A stretch of DNA of 64,000 bases from NCBI GenBank assembly GCA_022450665.1, contig JAKUPQ010000001.1:1272-65271 (forward strand). Direction: 5' to 3'. Shown here one piece after another: positions 42,082-51,405 of the stretch; the stretch's first letter is position 1; each line of letters begins with the position of its first letter. The position numbers and the translations under genes are program-made. The notes beneath the pieces were generated by a model, which saw only the letters and a list, made by a program, of their open reading frames with translations, had not been told where the DNA came from and ran no database searches. Source of the DNA: Alphaproteobacteria bacterium (GTDB lineage Bacteria; Pseudomonadota; Alphaproteobacteria; Rickettsiales; VGDC01).

Positions 42082-44164
42082 TTTTTTCTGGAGACTATTC
42101 TGCGTTATTTTCTGCGTCGCAATTTTTTGTGGCGTATTTTCCTATTCAGATATGGCTTTTGCAGGCGGAGCGCCTACAACACAGCCTAGTGAAGACACCT
42201 ATTACACCGGAGATTTGTTTTGCCCGTATAATTACGATGCACTATCCGGACGCATTGCGCATTGCATTGAAAATATTGTCATTTTGGCGGCAAAAAGCTT
42301 CTTAGATACGTTTTTACCATTTTATGAAGCCATTGTAATTTCAGTCTTAACATTGGCCGTTACTATCTATGGTGCCATGATGTTGATGGGCAGTATTCAG
42401 CGCCCCACAGGACAAACTTTTTTCCTGCTGTTTAAAATTGGTGCAATTGCGTTTCTGACTCTTCAGTTTAATGGGCTGATTGATTTAGTCTTTGATGTTC
42501 TACGTGGTATGCTTGGCATTGTTACGAATTATGTCACGAATAGTACGTTGAGCGCATGTAGTAATACTGGGTATCTTTCAACGTTTTTTGAGTTTGGCCG
42601 CAATGTAAACGACTTAACGGCGTGGGATAAAATTGATTGTTTGTTCATGACGTTGCTTGGCATAGGTGTGGCACAAACCACCGCTTTTGGGTTGGTGGCA
42701 ATTCTTGTAGGTGTGATTTTTACCGGCGGAGTAGGGGTGCTCATATTCATTCTTGCTATCATGTTTATGATCACGCTGCTTTTTGCCATTATTCGCGCAT
42801 TAAAAATATATCTTGTTTCCGTTATCGTTATTGCGTTTTTGGTTTGTGTGTCCCCTCTGGCGCTTCCAGCAATGCTATTTCAAGCCAGCAGACCAATGTT
42901 TGATAAATGGGTGAAGAATCTGGCAAACTTTATGCTGGTTCCGGTTTTTCTTTTTGCATATATCTCCATGATTGTTGCCGCTTATGATGCGATTTTGTTT
43001 AAAGGACCCAGCTCTTTATATTACGCTATCGCTAGCGAAGCCTCGCAAGAAGTGGGCTTTAACTTCCGTGACTGGCTGGCTTACGGCACTGACGGTGAGG
43101 TCAGAAGAGATGCTAATGGTCAGGCAGTAATGCTATCCAGTGGTCTTCCGTGGTTAGAAAGTGGAACATTCGTAGGTCAGGATGTGCCTGGACTAGATGC
43201 AATTGCGCTGATGAATTATCGGCGTAGCTGTGCGACCGCAGCAGATTTTGAAGCGGCACTTAATAGTGAAATTTGTGAGCTTCCGCCTGGAGAGCTCGAC
43301 ACCATGATTGATTGTGCAATTAATCCGGTTGTACCGTTTGAAGGGGAAGAGCTATCTGTAGAACCAGGAGAATCGTGTGATTCATTAGATGGGCGACCTT
43401 ATTATGGTTTTTTACGTAACGAGGAAGTTTTCCATTTTGGTATAGCACCAGGCATTGAAACTGATTTAAACCGCAGAAAGGCTGCAAGAGACGAAGAATC
43501 CTGCGGTATGAACATTTTATGCGGTGTAAAAAAAGTTGCCGGAAAAATGGCTGGTTGGGCTGTTAATACAGTTAAAAACATCATTGGAGCGGTCGTGCGT
43601 GTTGGTGGTTGGCTGGTGCAGCAAATTGGATCGGGCATTAAGGCAGTAGGGTCCTTTATTAAAGATTACTGCAATATGGGTACAAGTGCACCAGGGGCGG
43701 TATGTAGTGCTACGGGCGGTGCATTTATGGTGGCGGGCTCTGTAGTGCATGTTGCGGGCACAGTAGGGAATTTTTCTGGTCGTGTATTAATGAATGGCCT
43801 CGCTGCCGAGCTTGAGAAGCTGCTAGACGGCTGGTTTGATGTGGAATCTTTAGATCTACAAAAAATTGCATCCTATCATTGTAAGGTTGCACAAGGTATT
43901 GCCGACCCGCAAAGTGAAGAATATCTTGATTGTCCCGGCCCTGAAACTATTATCATGAATATGTTTTATGTGTTGCTGACCGCGCTTGTTGTGGCGTATT
44001 TAATGTCGCGTTGGCTTAATTATATCCCACAAATGGGCCAAACTCTTGTTGGCGGCGCGCGTATAGATGCCAGCCTTCCCGGTGAAGCACGTATTAGTAA
44101 AGCCGCGAAAGTTACACAAACGGGTATGGATAAACTACTGAAAAAACGTGGCGGGGGTAGATGA
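42059..44164 (+). CDS. VirB6/TrbL-like T4SS inner-membrane protein, paralogue 1
   Basis: Signal/TM start MQKQKNPDFFWRLFCVIFCVAIFCGV after AGGAAG. Polytopic core LTLAVTIYGAMMLMG...FKIGAIAF aligns by eye with the two downstream paralogues. The distal half carries a Cys-rich insert. Confidence 0.7.
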   Translation: MQKQKNPDFFWRLFCVIFCVAIFCGVFSYSDMAFAGGAPTTQPSEDTYYTGDLFCPYNYDALSGRIAHCIENIVILAAKSFLDTFLPFYEAIVISVLTLAVTIYGAMMLMGSIQRPTGQTFFLLFKIGAIAFLTLQFNGLIDLVFDVLRGMLGIVTNYVTNSTLSACSNTGYLSTFFEFGRNVNDLTAWDKIDCLFMTLLGIGVAQTTAFGLVAILVGVIFTGGVGVLIFILAIMFMITLLFAIIRALKIYLVSVIVIAFLVCVSPLALPAMLFQASRPMFDKWVKNLANFMLVPVFLFAYISMIVAAYDAILFKGPSSLYYAIASEASQEVGFNFRDWLAYGTDGEVRRDANGQAVMLSSGLPWLESGTFVGQDVPGLDAIALMNYRRSCATAADFEAALNSEICELPPGELDTMIDCAINPVVPFEGEELSVEPGESCDSLDGRPYYGFLRNEEVFHFGIAPGIETDLNRRKAARDEESCGMNILCGVKKVAGKMAGWAVNTVKNIIGAVVRVGGWLVQQIGSGIKAVGSFIKDYCNMGTSAPGAVCSATGGAFMVAGSVVHVAGTVGNFSGRVLMNGLAAELEKLLDGWFDVESLDLQKIASYHCKVAQGIADPQSEEYLDCPGPETIIMNMFYVLLTALVVAYLMSRWLNYIPQMGQTLVGGARIDASLPGEARISKAAKVTQTGMDKLLKKRGGGR

Positions 44165-46212
44165 TGGCTAGAGCATATCTTTCTTCCTTGATGCGATTAT
44201 TGTTTGATCCAAAGCTGATTCTATTTGTGATGATGACAGTGCTAACCATTGATAGCGCATTAGCACAAGCAAACCAGCGCCGCACCCAACCACGCACATT
44301 TAGTAATTATGGCTCAAATGGCCCGGCTGATCCAGTAGATGAGGGTACGCCCAGTGCAGGCGCGCCAGGTGATATGATTGGTGTTACAACCGATGGTGCA
44401 TATGTGTTTTTCACCAGTAACTTCCAAGAAGAAGTGCCATTAGCAGGCCGGAAAAACATGGCATTGCAACTCATTTGTGAAGAAGGATATTTCACAGAGC
44501 GGGTAGTCTATTGTATCAGAAACATTATCGATACATCTGTTGCTACCTTTCTTACAGAATTTGAGCTTATGCTCAATAGCTATATTTTGGGGCTAATTAT
44601 GCTCGCTGTAACACTGTATGGTGGGCAAGTACTTATGGGTACAATAGAAAGCCCGGGGCCTGATGCATTTAAATTATTGTTAAAAATTGGGGCGGTACTG
44701 TTTTTCACCAATGCGCTAGGTGGCTTTCTGCCAATGTTATTTCCGTTTATGGAAACATTAGCATCATACGGAATGAGTTATATAAGTGAGGGTTCACAAA
44801 GTCCGTTTCTTGCGAGTTGTGGCGATTCAAGCTTAGGTACCGTATCTATATGGCGACGTATTGACTGTATTGTTTCGCGGTTGCTAACAGGAAATACTGT
44901 GGCGGATGGTACAGGCTATCGCGCAGGCATTTTGTGGGTGCTTGCTGTGGCGATATTTTGGACAACATTCCTTGGGCCATTTGTGTTCATGGTAATGTTC
45001 GCCACTTTTATGATGATTTTCTTGTTGGTATTCCGCTGTGTATTTGTATTTCTATCTGCTTATACATTGCTTGCGATTCTCACCATTATTTCCCCACTAA
45101 TTATTCCTTTGGTGTTATTTAAATCCACAGAGCATTATTTCCAAAAATGGCTGAATCAATTCATGTCAACATTTGTTCAGCCTTTATTATTATTCGCCTA
45201 TATGGCATTTGTTTTTGCTTTGATTGATGGCTTGTTCTTTAAAGATGAGCCTTATTCGCTTGTTCGCGTATTAGGCGTTGGCTGGGAAACACCTGAAGTC
45301 CTCGTTGGCTATCGCGATGATGTCCTTGATGACATGATGGAGGTGTTTGAAGAAGATACCGGTTATGCTCCAGGCACTCCCGAATATCAATCGCACAGAG
45401 AGTATTTAGAAAATAAGCAACGCATATCGGTGATTGGTAATTCATTATTGGTTCCAGAGCAATTAATTACAATTGATATAGGTGATGCTACTGAAGCCAT
45501 TGAAAACATAAGAAGTGTTCCTGTGATAGGCGGCGCAGCCTCCGCTGCTGCAACTGGCGCATTATATGTGGCTAATAAAGGCTTGAATAGTATAGCAAGT
45601 ACGCTAGTGCCATTTTATGTTACACGTATACAACCGGAAGGACGAACACGCTGGGGCTTCCTTGTCGATATGTTGAAGTTCTTCCTTATTGTATTGATAT
45701 TTTTACCTTTATTGTTGCGCTTTACTAAAGACATACCAGAGGTAATTCAACGGCTATCAAGTTCAGTACGCACTCCTGGCATGCTGCTGCCTGGTGAAAA
45801 ACAGGCTGTAGGTACGGTAGCTGCGACCAAGGGTGCGGTTAAGGGGGCGGCACGTGGTGCCGTCACTGGTTTTGTTAATGGTGGTAAAAAAGGTGCTGTT
45901 ATTGAAGGTGTGCAAGGGGGGTATGAAGGTGCACGCGACTCCTACCGCGATGCAACAAACAGCTCGAAAACTTCTAGTGGCAAAGCGAATCGCGCAGGCG
46001 ATGCAAATAAACAAAATGTACACGCTAACGAAGGCGGAGATCCTAGCCAAAGAGCGCTACATAAAGGTCAAGGCGGCGGAGGTGGTATAGGCATTAAATC
46101 TCTTACTAATGCTGCCGGGAAAGTGGCCAAAATGAAGGGTGGCAAAGGCGGCGGTCAAGTCGGCGGCGGTGGTAAAGGCTGTGGCGGTAAAGGTGGTGGG
46201 AAAACGGGGTAA
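44161..46212 (+). CDS. VirB6/TrbL-like T4SS inner-membrane protein, paralogue 2
   Basis: ATGA overlap with paralogue 1. Core MLAVTLYGGQVLMG...LKIGAVLFF. Gly/Lys-rich C-terminal tail. Confidence 0.7.
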   Translation: MMARAYLSSLMRLLFDPKLILFVMMTVLTIDSALAQANQRRTQPRTFSNYGSNGPADPVDEGTPSAGAPGDMIGVTTDGAYVFFTSNFQEEVPLAGRKNMALQLICEEGYFTERVVYCIRNIIDTSVATFLTEFELMLNSYILGLIMLAVTLYGGQVLMGTIESPGPDAFKLLLKIGAVLFFTNALGGFLPMLFPFMETLASYGMSYISEGSQSPFLASCGDSSLGTVSIWRRIDCIVSRLLTGNTVADGTGYRAGILWVLAVAIFWTTFLGPFVFMVMFATFMMIFLLVFRCVFVFLSAYTLLAILTIISPLIIPLVLFKSTEHYFQKWLNQFMSTFVQPLLLFAYMAFVFALIDGLFFKDEPYSLVRVLGVGWETPEVLVGYRDDVLDDMMEVFEEDTGYAPGTPEYQSHREYLENKQRISVIGNSLLVPEQLITIDIGDATEAIENIRSVPVIGGAASAAATGALYVANKGLNSIASTLVPFYVTRIQPEGRTRWGFLVDMLKFFLIVLIFLPLLLRFTKDIPEVIQRLSSSVRTPGMLLPGEKQAVGTVAATKGAVKGAARGAVTGFVNGGKKGAVIEGVQGGYEGARDSYRDATNSSKTSSGKANRAGDANKQNVHANEGGDPSQRALHKGQGGGGGIGIKSLTNAAGKVAKMKGGKGGGQVGGGGKGCGGKGGGKTG

Positions 46213-46281
46213 TATAATGGTAGCGATATGGCGATAATAAAGAACGAAACACAGGTAACGCCTTCGGGGAAGGAAAATGAT

Positions 46282-48201
46282 ATGTCACGTTTAACGATGA
46301 TGTTCATGGTAGTAGTGATAGCAATGTTGGGGATGTTTACTCCGCATACTGCTAATGCTGGCTATATGGCAAATACTGATTATGGTGACCCCCCGGTGCC
46401 ATTTACGCCCCCCCTTACTGCAGAAACGGGAGAAACTCAGCCCTATCTGTATGATATGAGTACGAGTCTGCAAGTAACCTATTGGAGTGCTGTAATTGAT
46501 GGTATTGGTGCAAAATTTGCTATTGCAGGCGATATGTCCGGGTTAGATACCAGCGAAAAAGTGTGGGATTTCGTTGCGCGCAAAAAAATAGACATAAATC
46601 AACAAGAGGCAAAAATTCTTTGTTTGTTTATGAATGAAGATGATGATCCACCCACAGATGGAGTAATACCAAACTTTCCTACATGGCCATCTTGTGGAGG
46701 TGTTTTAGAAACCATGTTTGGCCCCGACTTTATACCATATTTGAAAACAAATGCTGGTGATAGAGAGATTGTAGAAATTTATCAATACCTATTACAAAGC
46801 ATGGGTATTGATATTAAAGATATCTTGCCAACAATTAATGAGCGCATGGGTTCATCAGCAGGGCCTGGCCCGGATGACCTGAATGTCGATGATGTTGCCG
46901 GTAACCGTTTGGAATGCTATACACCTGCCAATAACATTCGTCGCTATGACGTTAGCGGCTGTGGTATTTTGTGTACAGTAACGCGCGTTATTATGGGATT
47001 GCTGAATACAGCTTCTGAAGGAATTGTAGAGGCAACTGCGAATAATGCTGACTTTAATCGGGCAATTTTAGCTGCCCTCACCTTATATATCACTATTTAT
47101 GGCGCTATGGTGTTGCTAGGGCTGGTGAGTGTTGCTTTGGGCGATGCAGTAGTGCGCGTAGTGAAATTAGGCTTTGTAGCTATGTTGCTTACCTCCGACA
47201 CAATTATGACCTTATTTCATATGGGACGATGTTTCTTCGTAGAGGGAACCACCTATTTGATTAATGCTGTTATGCAGGTGGGACTGGAGGCTGTTGTGAC
47301 GTTAAACGCTGGCGGGGAAATCCCTGTTGGCACATTATACGGGCCTGCGGGCGGCGCTGATTTATGCGGATCATCTTTCGATGACGCCACAAGTGCGCAG
47401 GGGCCGTTGGTGATTTTTGAAGCACTGGTGACACAAATATTCTCACCACATATGGGATTGGTAATTCTAACTCTGTTCCTGTCGGGAGCATATGGCTGGG
47501 TTATTGCTATATTCCTTATGGTGGGGCTGGTATTTTTTGTATTTACTTTGCTGGGAGCGGTGACGTTATATCTCACCTGTTTAATTGGCCAATATCTATT
47601 GTTATCTTTATTGCCATTCTTTGTGGTCTTCTTGCTATTCGAGAAAACGCAACACCTGTTCCAGGGGTGGTTTAATATGCTGCTTACCTATAGTTTGCAG
47701 CCTATATTCTTGTTTGCATATATATCATTATTTGTTGTGGTGACATCAGCAGCGCTTGCACAAATTCTGGATGTACGCATCTGTTGGGCAAAATGGTTTG
47801 CGGTTGGTTGGGTGTTCGATTTGAGCAAGTGGTTCTTCTATGGAGCGAATGGTCCATTAGTTGATTTACCGTTTGGCTTCTTTGAAGTGTTGATATTCGT
47901 ATTGCTTGTCGCTCTAATGCATGAATTTAAAGACCATGTAGAGCAAATCGCAAACGATATCGGTAACTCATATGTGTATTCCAACGGTGCTGGCCGCGCA
48001 CTTGAAGGTTGGTTCCGTGGCAAAGGCAGAGCCATTAAAGCAAAAACCTACGAAGGTGTGAAATCCGGCGGCAAAAAAGCGGTTAATTATGTTCGTGGAG
48101 GGGCGGGTGGCCATAGTACCGCTAGCGCCAGTGGACAAAAAGGCGTTGGAGGATCCGCAGGCGGTAGCGCCAATGTCAGCCGGAAAGGTGTCGGACGCTG
48201 A
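46282..48201 (+). CDS. VirB6/TrbL-like T4SS inner-membrane protein, paralogue 3
   Basis: Start at MSRLTMMFMVVVIAMLGMFTPHTANA, after GGAAGGAAAA (ORF track start 46228). Core LTLYITIYGAMVLLG. Gly/Ser-rich tail. Confidence 0.7.
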   Translation: MSRLTMMFMVVVIAMLGMFTPHTANAGYMANTDYGDPPVPFTPPLTAETGETQPYLYDMSTSLQVTYWSAVIDGIGAKFAIAGDMSGLDTSEKVWDFVARKKIDINQQEAKILCLFMNEDDDPPTDGVIPNFPTWPSCGGVLETMFGPDFIPYLKTNAGDREIVEIYQYLLQSMGIDIKDILPTINERMGSSAGPGPDDLNVDDVAGNRLECYTPANNIRRYDVSGCGILCTVTRVIMGLLNTASEGIVEATANNADFNRAILAALTLYITIYGAMVLLGLVSVALGDAVVRVVKLGFVAMLLTSDTIMTLFHMGRCFFVEGTTYLINAVMQVGLEAVVTLNAGGEIPVGTLYGPAGGADLCGSSFDDATSAQGPLVIFEALVTQIFSPHMGLVILTLFLSGAYGWVIAIFLMVGLVFFVFTLLGAVTLYLTCLIGQYLLLSLLPFFVVFLLFEKTQHLFQGWFNMLLTYSLQPIFLFAYISLFVVVTSAALAQILDVRICWAKWFAVGWVFDLSKWFFYGANGPLVDLPFGFFEVLIFVLLVALMHEFKDHVEQIANDIGNSYVYSNGAGRALEGWFRGKGRAIKAKTYEGVKSGGKKAVNYVRGGAGGHSTASASGQKGVGGSAGGSANVSRKGVGR

Positions 48202-48211
48202 TGCTATAAAA

Positions 48212-48259
48212 TATACAAAAACCGTAATACGGGTTTGACCCGCTAGCGGTTTTTGTATA
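48212..48259 (+). terminator. Nested hairpin terminator after the virB6 array
   Basis: Perfect 13-bp inverted repeat TATACAAAAACCG / CGGTTTTTGTATA. It encloses CGGGTttgACCCG. A T-run follows on the plus strand. Confidence 0.5.
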
Positions 48260-48311
48260 ACACATTAGATGTACTTAATTTTAATTGCCTTTGAATGAAG
48301 GAGCCCAAAAT

Positions 48312-48461
48312 ATGATAAGACTAGTTTTAACTGCTCTGGCATTAACCTTAATCGCAAGTTGCGGCCCTAAAGAGCGCGAAGATCTTAAAAGCCCATGCGT
48401 TGGCACCGAAGAAAGCCCATGTGGCGTGAAGCGCAATGTTAATGATTGGTGGATGGCGTAA
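48312..48461 (+). CDS. 49-aa lipoprotein, not in the ORF track (below its size cutoff); VirB7-like candidate
   Basis: GAAGGAG RBS (48297-48303), then ATG 48312. Sequence MIRLVLTALALTLIASCGPKEREDLKSPCVGTEESPCGVKRNVNDWWMA, with lipobox IASC. A strong terminator follows. Confidence 0.55.
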   Translation: MIRLVLTALALTLIASCGPKEREDLKSPCVGTEESPCGVKRNVNDWWMA

Positions 48462-48478
48462 TTCACCCGTATCCCATT

Positions 48479-48517
48479 AAAAAACGCCCCACTGCATATC
48501 TGCATGGGGCGTTTTTT
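48479..48517. terminator. Bidirectional rho-independent terminator
   Basis: AAAAAACGCCCCA(c)TGCA tatc TGCATGGGGCGTTTTTT, a stem of about 12 bp flanked by an A-run and a T-run. It lies between the convergent lipoprotein gene and usp. Confidence 0.7.
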
Positions 48518-48536
48518 AATGCAAATAAGCACTGGT

Positions 48537-49028
48537 TCAAACTAACGCATCCAATTGCTGATCGGTTAAATTGCCTGGAACTATAGTCATTGGCACGAGT
48601 AGTTCATCGCCCATACGTTCTGAAAGCCAAGTAACCAGCTTTGTGCCTTTTGGCGAATCAGGCATGAGGCCAATAATCAGCATATTAACATCGCTGTCTT
48701 CCATCACGGCGGCGATAATTTGTTCGCCCAACTTACCTTCTCGCAAGTGCAATGTGGGGGTGATATTGCACTCATCCTGCGCAATACCTGCCAATTCGTG
48801 GAGCAGTGCTTCTGCTTGCTCGCGCTTTTCATCGCTAATACGTTCGCCCACACCAAATAATGGTTGAAAATCCATTGGCTGAACCACCGTAAGAATATCC
48901 ACGCCATCGCCTCGCCGGCGGGCTTTTTTGCACGCCATGCGCAATGCAACCGGCGAAGCTGCGTTTTCTGCCACGCAGACTAAAAATTTATTCGGTGTAT
49001 TCTGGTCACGGTTATTATCTTCTGACAT
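48537..49028 (-). CDS. Universal stress protein family protein
   Basis: 163 aa with Usp-like alpha/beta layout (FLVCVAENAAS...ILTVV...MLIIG). Confidence 0.65.
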   Translation of the reverse strand: MSEDNNRDQNTPNKFLVCVAENAASPVALRMACKKARRRGDGVDILTVVQPMDFQPLFGVGERISDEKREQAEALLHELAGIAQDECNITPTLHLREGKLGEQIIAAVMEDSDVNMLIIGLMPDSPKGTKLVTWLSERMGDELLVPMTIVPGNLTDQQLDALV

Positions 49029-49054
49029 GTGTACTCCTTACAAAAAACACCTAA

Positions 49055-49804
49055 CTAAAGTTTGCGAAATATTGTGGATGCTAGCCATCCAGCACTCACC
49101 GCCATTAATACAGCAATAATGCCATATATTGCCGGATATTCATGCGCAAGCTGGAATACCACTGCATCAAGCCCACGCTTTGCTACTATTAATGGTGTGG
49201 ATTGCATGCCCACAATCTGGCCATTATAAATCAGATAGGTTTCGGCAGTATAGCCACCACGCGGCGTGACATCAGGAAATGGCAGTGTGGTTTTAAACAA
49301 TGTATCGCCCATAAAAGTGACAGTTTCTTGATTATCAGCATAGAGCTTGGATTTATATCGCTCTGATATAAATTCTCTACGAAATTCCTGACGCTGTTCA
49401 AATGTTAATTCATCGCTTTGCATGTGGGAGAGTGGAAGATAAGGCAAATTTTCCACTCCAATTTGAAGCGTGTCTAATACATCTGTGTTTAAGAGCGATT
49501 CTAGTGGGCGGGTTGAAGCTACCGCGTAATAATCGGGTAGATTAGTAAACTCCATCGAATGGCGATTGACCCAAATGCCACCAACGCGCTCTTTTTTGCG
49601 CATGGTAAAATTTTGTGCTGGGCCGCGCACTACCACAACTATATCGCCAGCGGCCTGACGCGCTCCAAACAAAATAAGCTTTGCGCCTGTAAAACTAGAA
49701 TCGATTGCAATGTGATATTGCGATAAATCCGCTACAAGTGGCTTGGCAACCGCCTGAGCAGGAATTAATGCCACCGCCATATATAGCCAAAACCACAGGC
49801 GCAT
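49055..49804 (-). CDS. TIGR02186 / Alph_Pro_TM-like membrane protein
   Basis: Signal peptide, PLVADLSQYHIAIDSSFTGAKLILFGA...GDIVVVVRGP...KKERVGGIWVN, and a C-terminal TM. Typically paired with a TauE-family gene in alphaproteobacteria (from memory). Confidence 0.55.
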   Translation of the reverse strand: MRLWFWLYMAVALIPAQAVAKPLVADLSQYHIAIDSSFTGAKLILFGARQAAGDIVVVVRGPAQNFTMRKKERVGGIWVNRHSMEFTNLPDYYAVASTRPLESLLNTDVLDTLQIGVENLPYLPLSHMQSDELTFEQRQEFRREFISERYKSKLYADNQETVTFMGDTLFKTTLPFPDVTPRGGYTAETYLIYNGQIVGMQSTPLIVAKRGLDAVVFQLAHEYPAIYGIIAVLMAVSAGWLASTIFRKL

Positions 49805-50721
49805 TACATGGCTCCGTGCTTGGTGATGGTGAAAATATCGTCGGGGGTTATAATCAGGCCATAAGCAAGGCGTATCGAAACGGCCAGCACTGTCGCCGCC
49901 AATAACCCGCGCAAATGTATGGCAGAAACTTTGTTGCTCAGATGCGAGCCAATTTGTGCTCCAAACACAGAACCTAACACCAATAATAACGCCAATATAA
50001 TATCTACACTATGTGTTGTGATAGCATGCATAAACGTTACATGGGCAGTGATGAATATAATTTGAAAAAGCGACGTTCCCACCACCATAGACGATGGCAT
50101 GTGCAGAATATAAATCATGGCCGGTATCATAACAAAGCCGCCGCCAATGCCCATAAGTGATACCAGCGCGCCTGATGCCAAGCCAACAACTAAGGGTAAT
50201 AAAACCGTAATGCGCATTTTTGATTTAGGAAATTCCATTTGCAAAGGCCAGCGATAAATCCAACTATCGCCTGTGCGCTCTTTGCGTGGGCTGGATTTTG
50301 AGCGTTTCAAAATTGTTGACCAGCTTTCATACGCCATAATGCTGCCAATGGCAGTTAAAAACACCACATAGCTTATGGAAATGAATAAATCAATTTGCCC
50401 AAGTGATTGCAGCTTTTCAAATATTGCAACTCCAACGCTAGAGCCAATTATGCCGCCAAATAACAACACGCTGCCCATGCGAAAATCGACATTTTGTTTG
50501 CGCCAATGCGCTAAAAACCCAGAGAGTGAGGATGCAATAATCTGATTAGAGCAACTGGCAACCGCCACTGCTGGCGGTACGCCAAGAAAAATCAGAAACG
50601 GTGTTAATATGAACCCACCGCCAATGCCAAACATGCCAGAGAGTAATCCAGCGACCCCACCTAATGCCAATAAGGCAAGCATATGAATCGATAGCTCGGC
50701 AATGGGGAGGTATATTTGCAT
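49804..50721 (-). CDS. Sulfite exporter TauE/SafE-family permease
   Basis: 305-aa polytopic protein with the duplicated GIGGG(F) motif (GMFGIGGGFILTP, LMGIGGGFVMIP). Confidence 0.8.
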   Translation of the reverse strand: MQIYLPIAELSIHMLALLALGGVAGLLSGMFGIGGGFILTPFLIFLGVPPAVAVASCSNQIIASSLSGFLAHWRKQNVDFRMGSVLLFGGIIGSSVGVAIFEKLQSLGQIDLFISISYVVFLTAIGSIMAYESWSTILKRSKSSPRKERTGDSWIYRWPLQMEFPKSKMRITVLLPLVVGLASGALVSLMGIGGGFVMIPAMIYILHMPSSMVVGTSLFQIIFITAHVTFMHAITTHSVDIILALLLVLGSVFGAQIGSHLSNKVSAIHLRGLLAATVLAVSIRLAYGLIITPDDIFTITKHGAM

Positions 50722-50736
50722 GAAAAGCAGGCGATC

Positions 50737-51336
50737 CTACATATAATAAGCGCGGAAGTATTGATCCATTTGTTTTTTCGCCTCGGCGTCAAACAATGTC
50801 ATTAGCTTATTAAGCACAGATGCGTAAGTTTGTTGCTTTTCTTCTTCCGATGCTTCTTCTGGTAAAGTCTGAGAACTGCGAACACTTATTGTGATTTCTC
50901 CGGGTGGTAACATGCTGGCGCTACCATCTACTGCAATCATAACATTTAAATACGCATCCCAACGCTGTTCTTGCTGGCGCTTGAACCACCCACCAAAGCC
51001 ATCATCAATGGCTAAGCGGTTGATGGCGAAATTGGCATCTTTAATAATGATAGAGAATGAGCCGGAGCGGCCTACTGCTGCAATGCGATTCGCCGCCCAT
51101 TCTTTAAGCGCTGCTTCGGGAGATTGACCATATTGAGATAAATCCTGTGTTGCGGCGGTAGTGGGAGAATCATTTACCACCAGTACCTCTGCAAGATCCA
51201 CCCGAATTTTTGCATTCCCATCGCCGTAATCTATAGCCGCGTTGTTTATCGGCATAGGAGTCGAAACACAGGCACTCAAACCTATGCAACACACAGTGAA
51301 TAAAGCAAGGTTTTTAATGTTTTTAATAATCTGCAT
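50737..51336 (-). CDS. Lipoprotein, unknown function
   Basis: ATG 51336 follows AGGAG. Lipobox LSAC in MQIIKNIKNLALFTVCCIGLSAC. Confidence 0.5.
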   Translation of the reverse strand: MQIIKNIKNLALFTVCCIGLSACVSTPMPINNAAIDYGDGNAKIRVDLAEVLVVNDSPTTAATQDLSQYGQSPEAALKEWAANRIAAVGRSGSFSIIIKDANFAINRLAIDDGFGGWFKRQQEQRWDAYLNVMIAVDGSASMLPPGEITISVRSSQTLPEEASEEEKQQTYASVLNKLMTLFDAEAKKQMDQYFRAYYM

Positions 51337-51405
51337 GGGCAGCTCCTGCTGTATAGAATAAAAGATTTTTCCCATCATAGCCAAACGCGCTCATGATGCA
51401 ACGGG

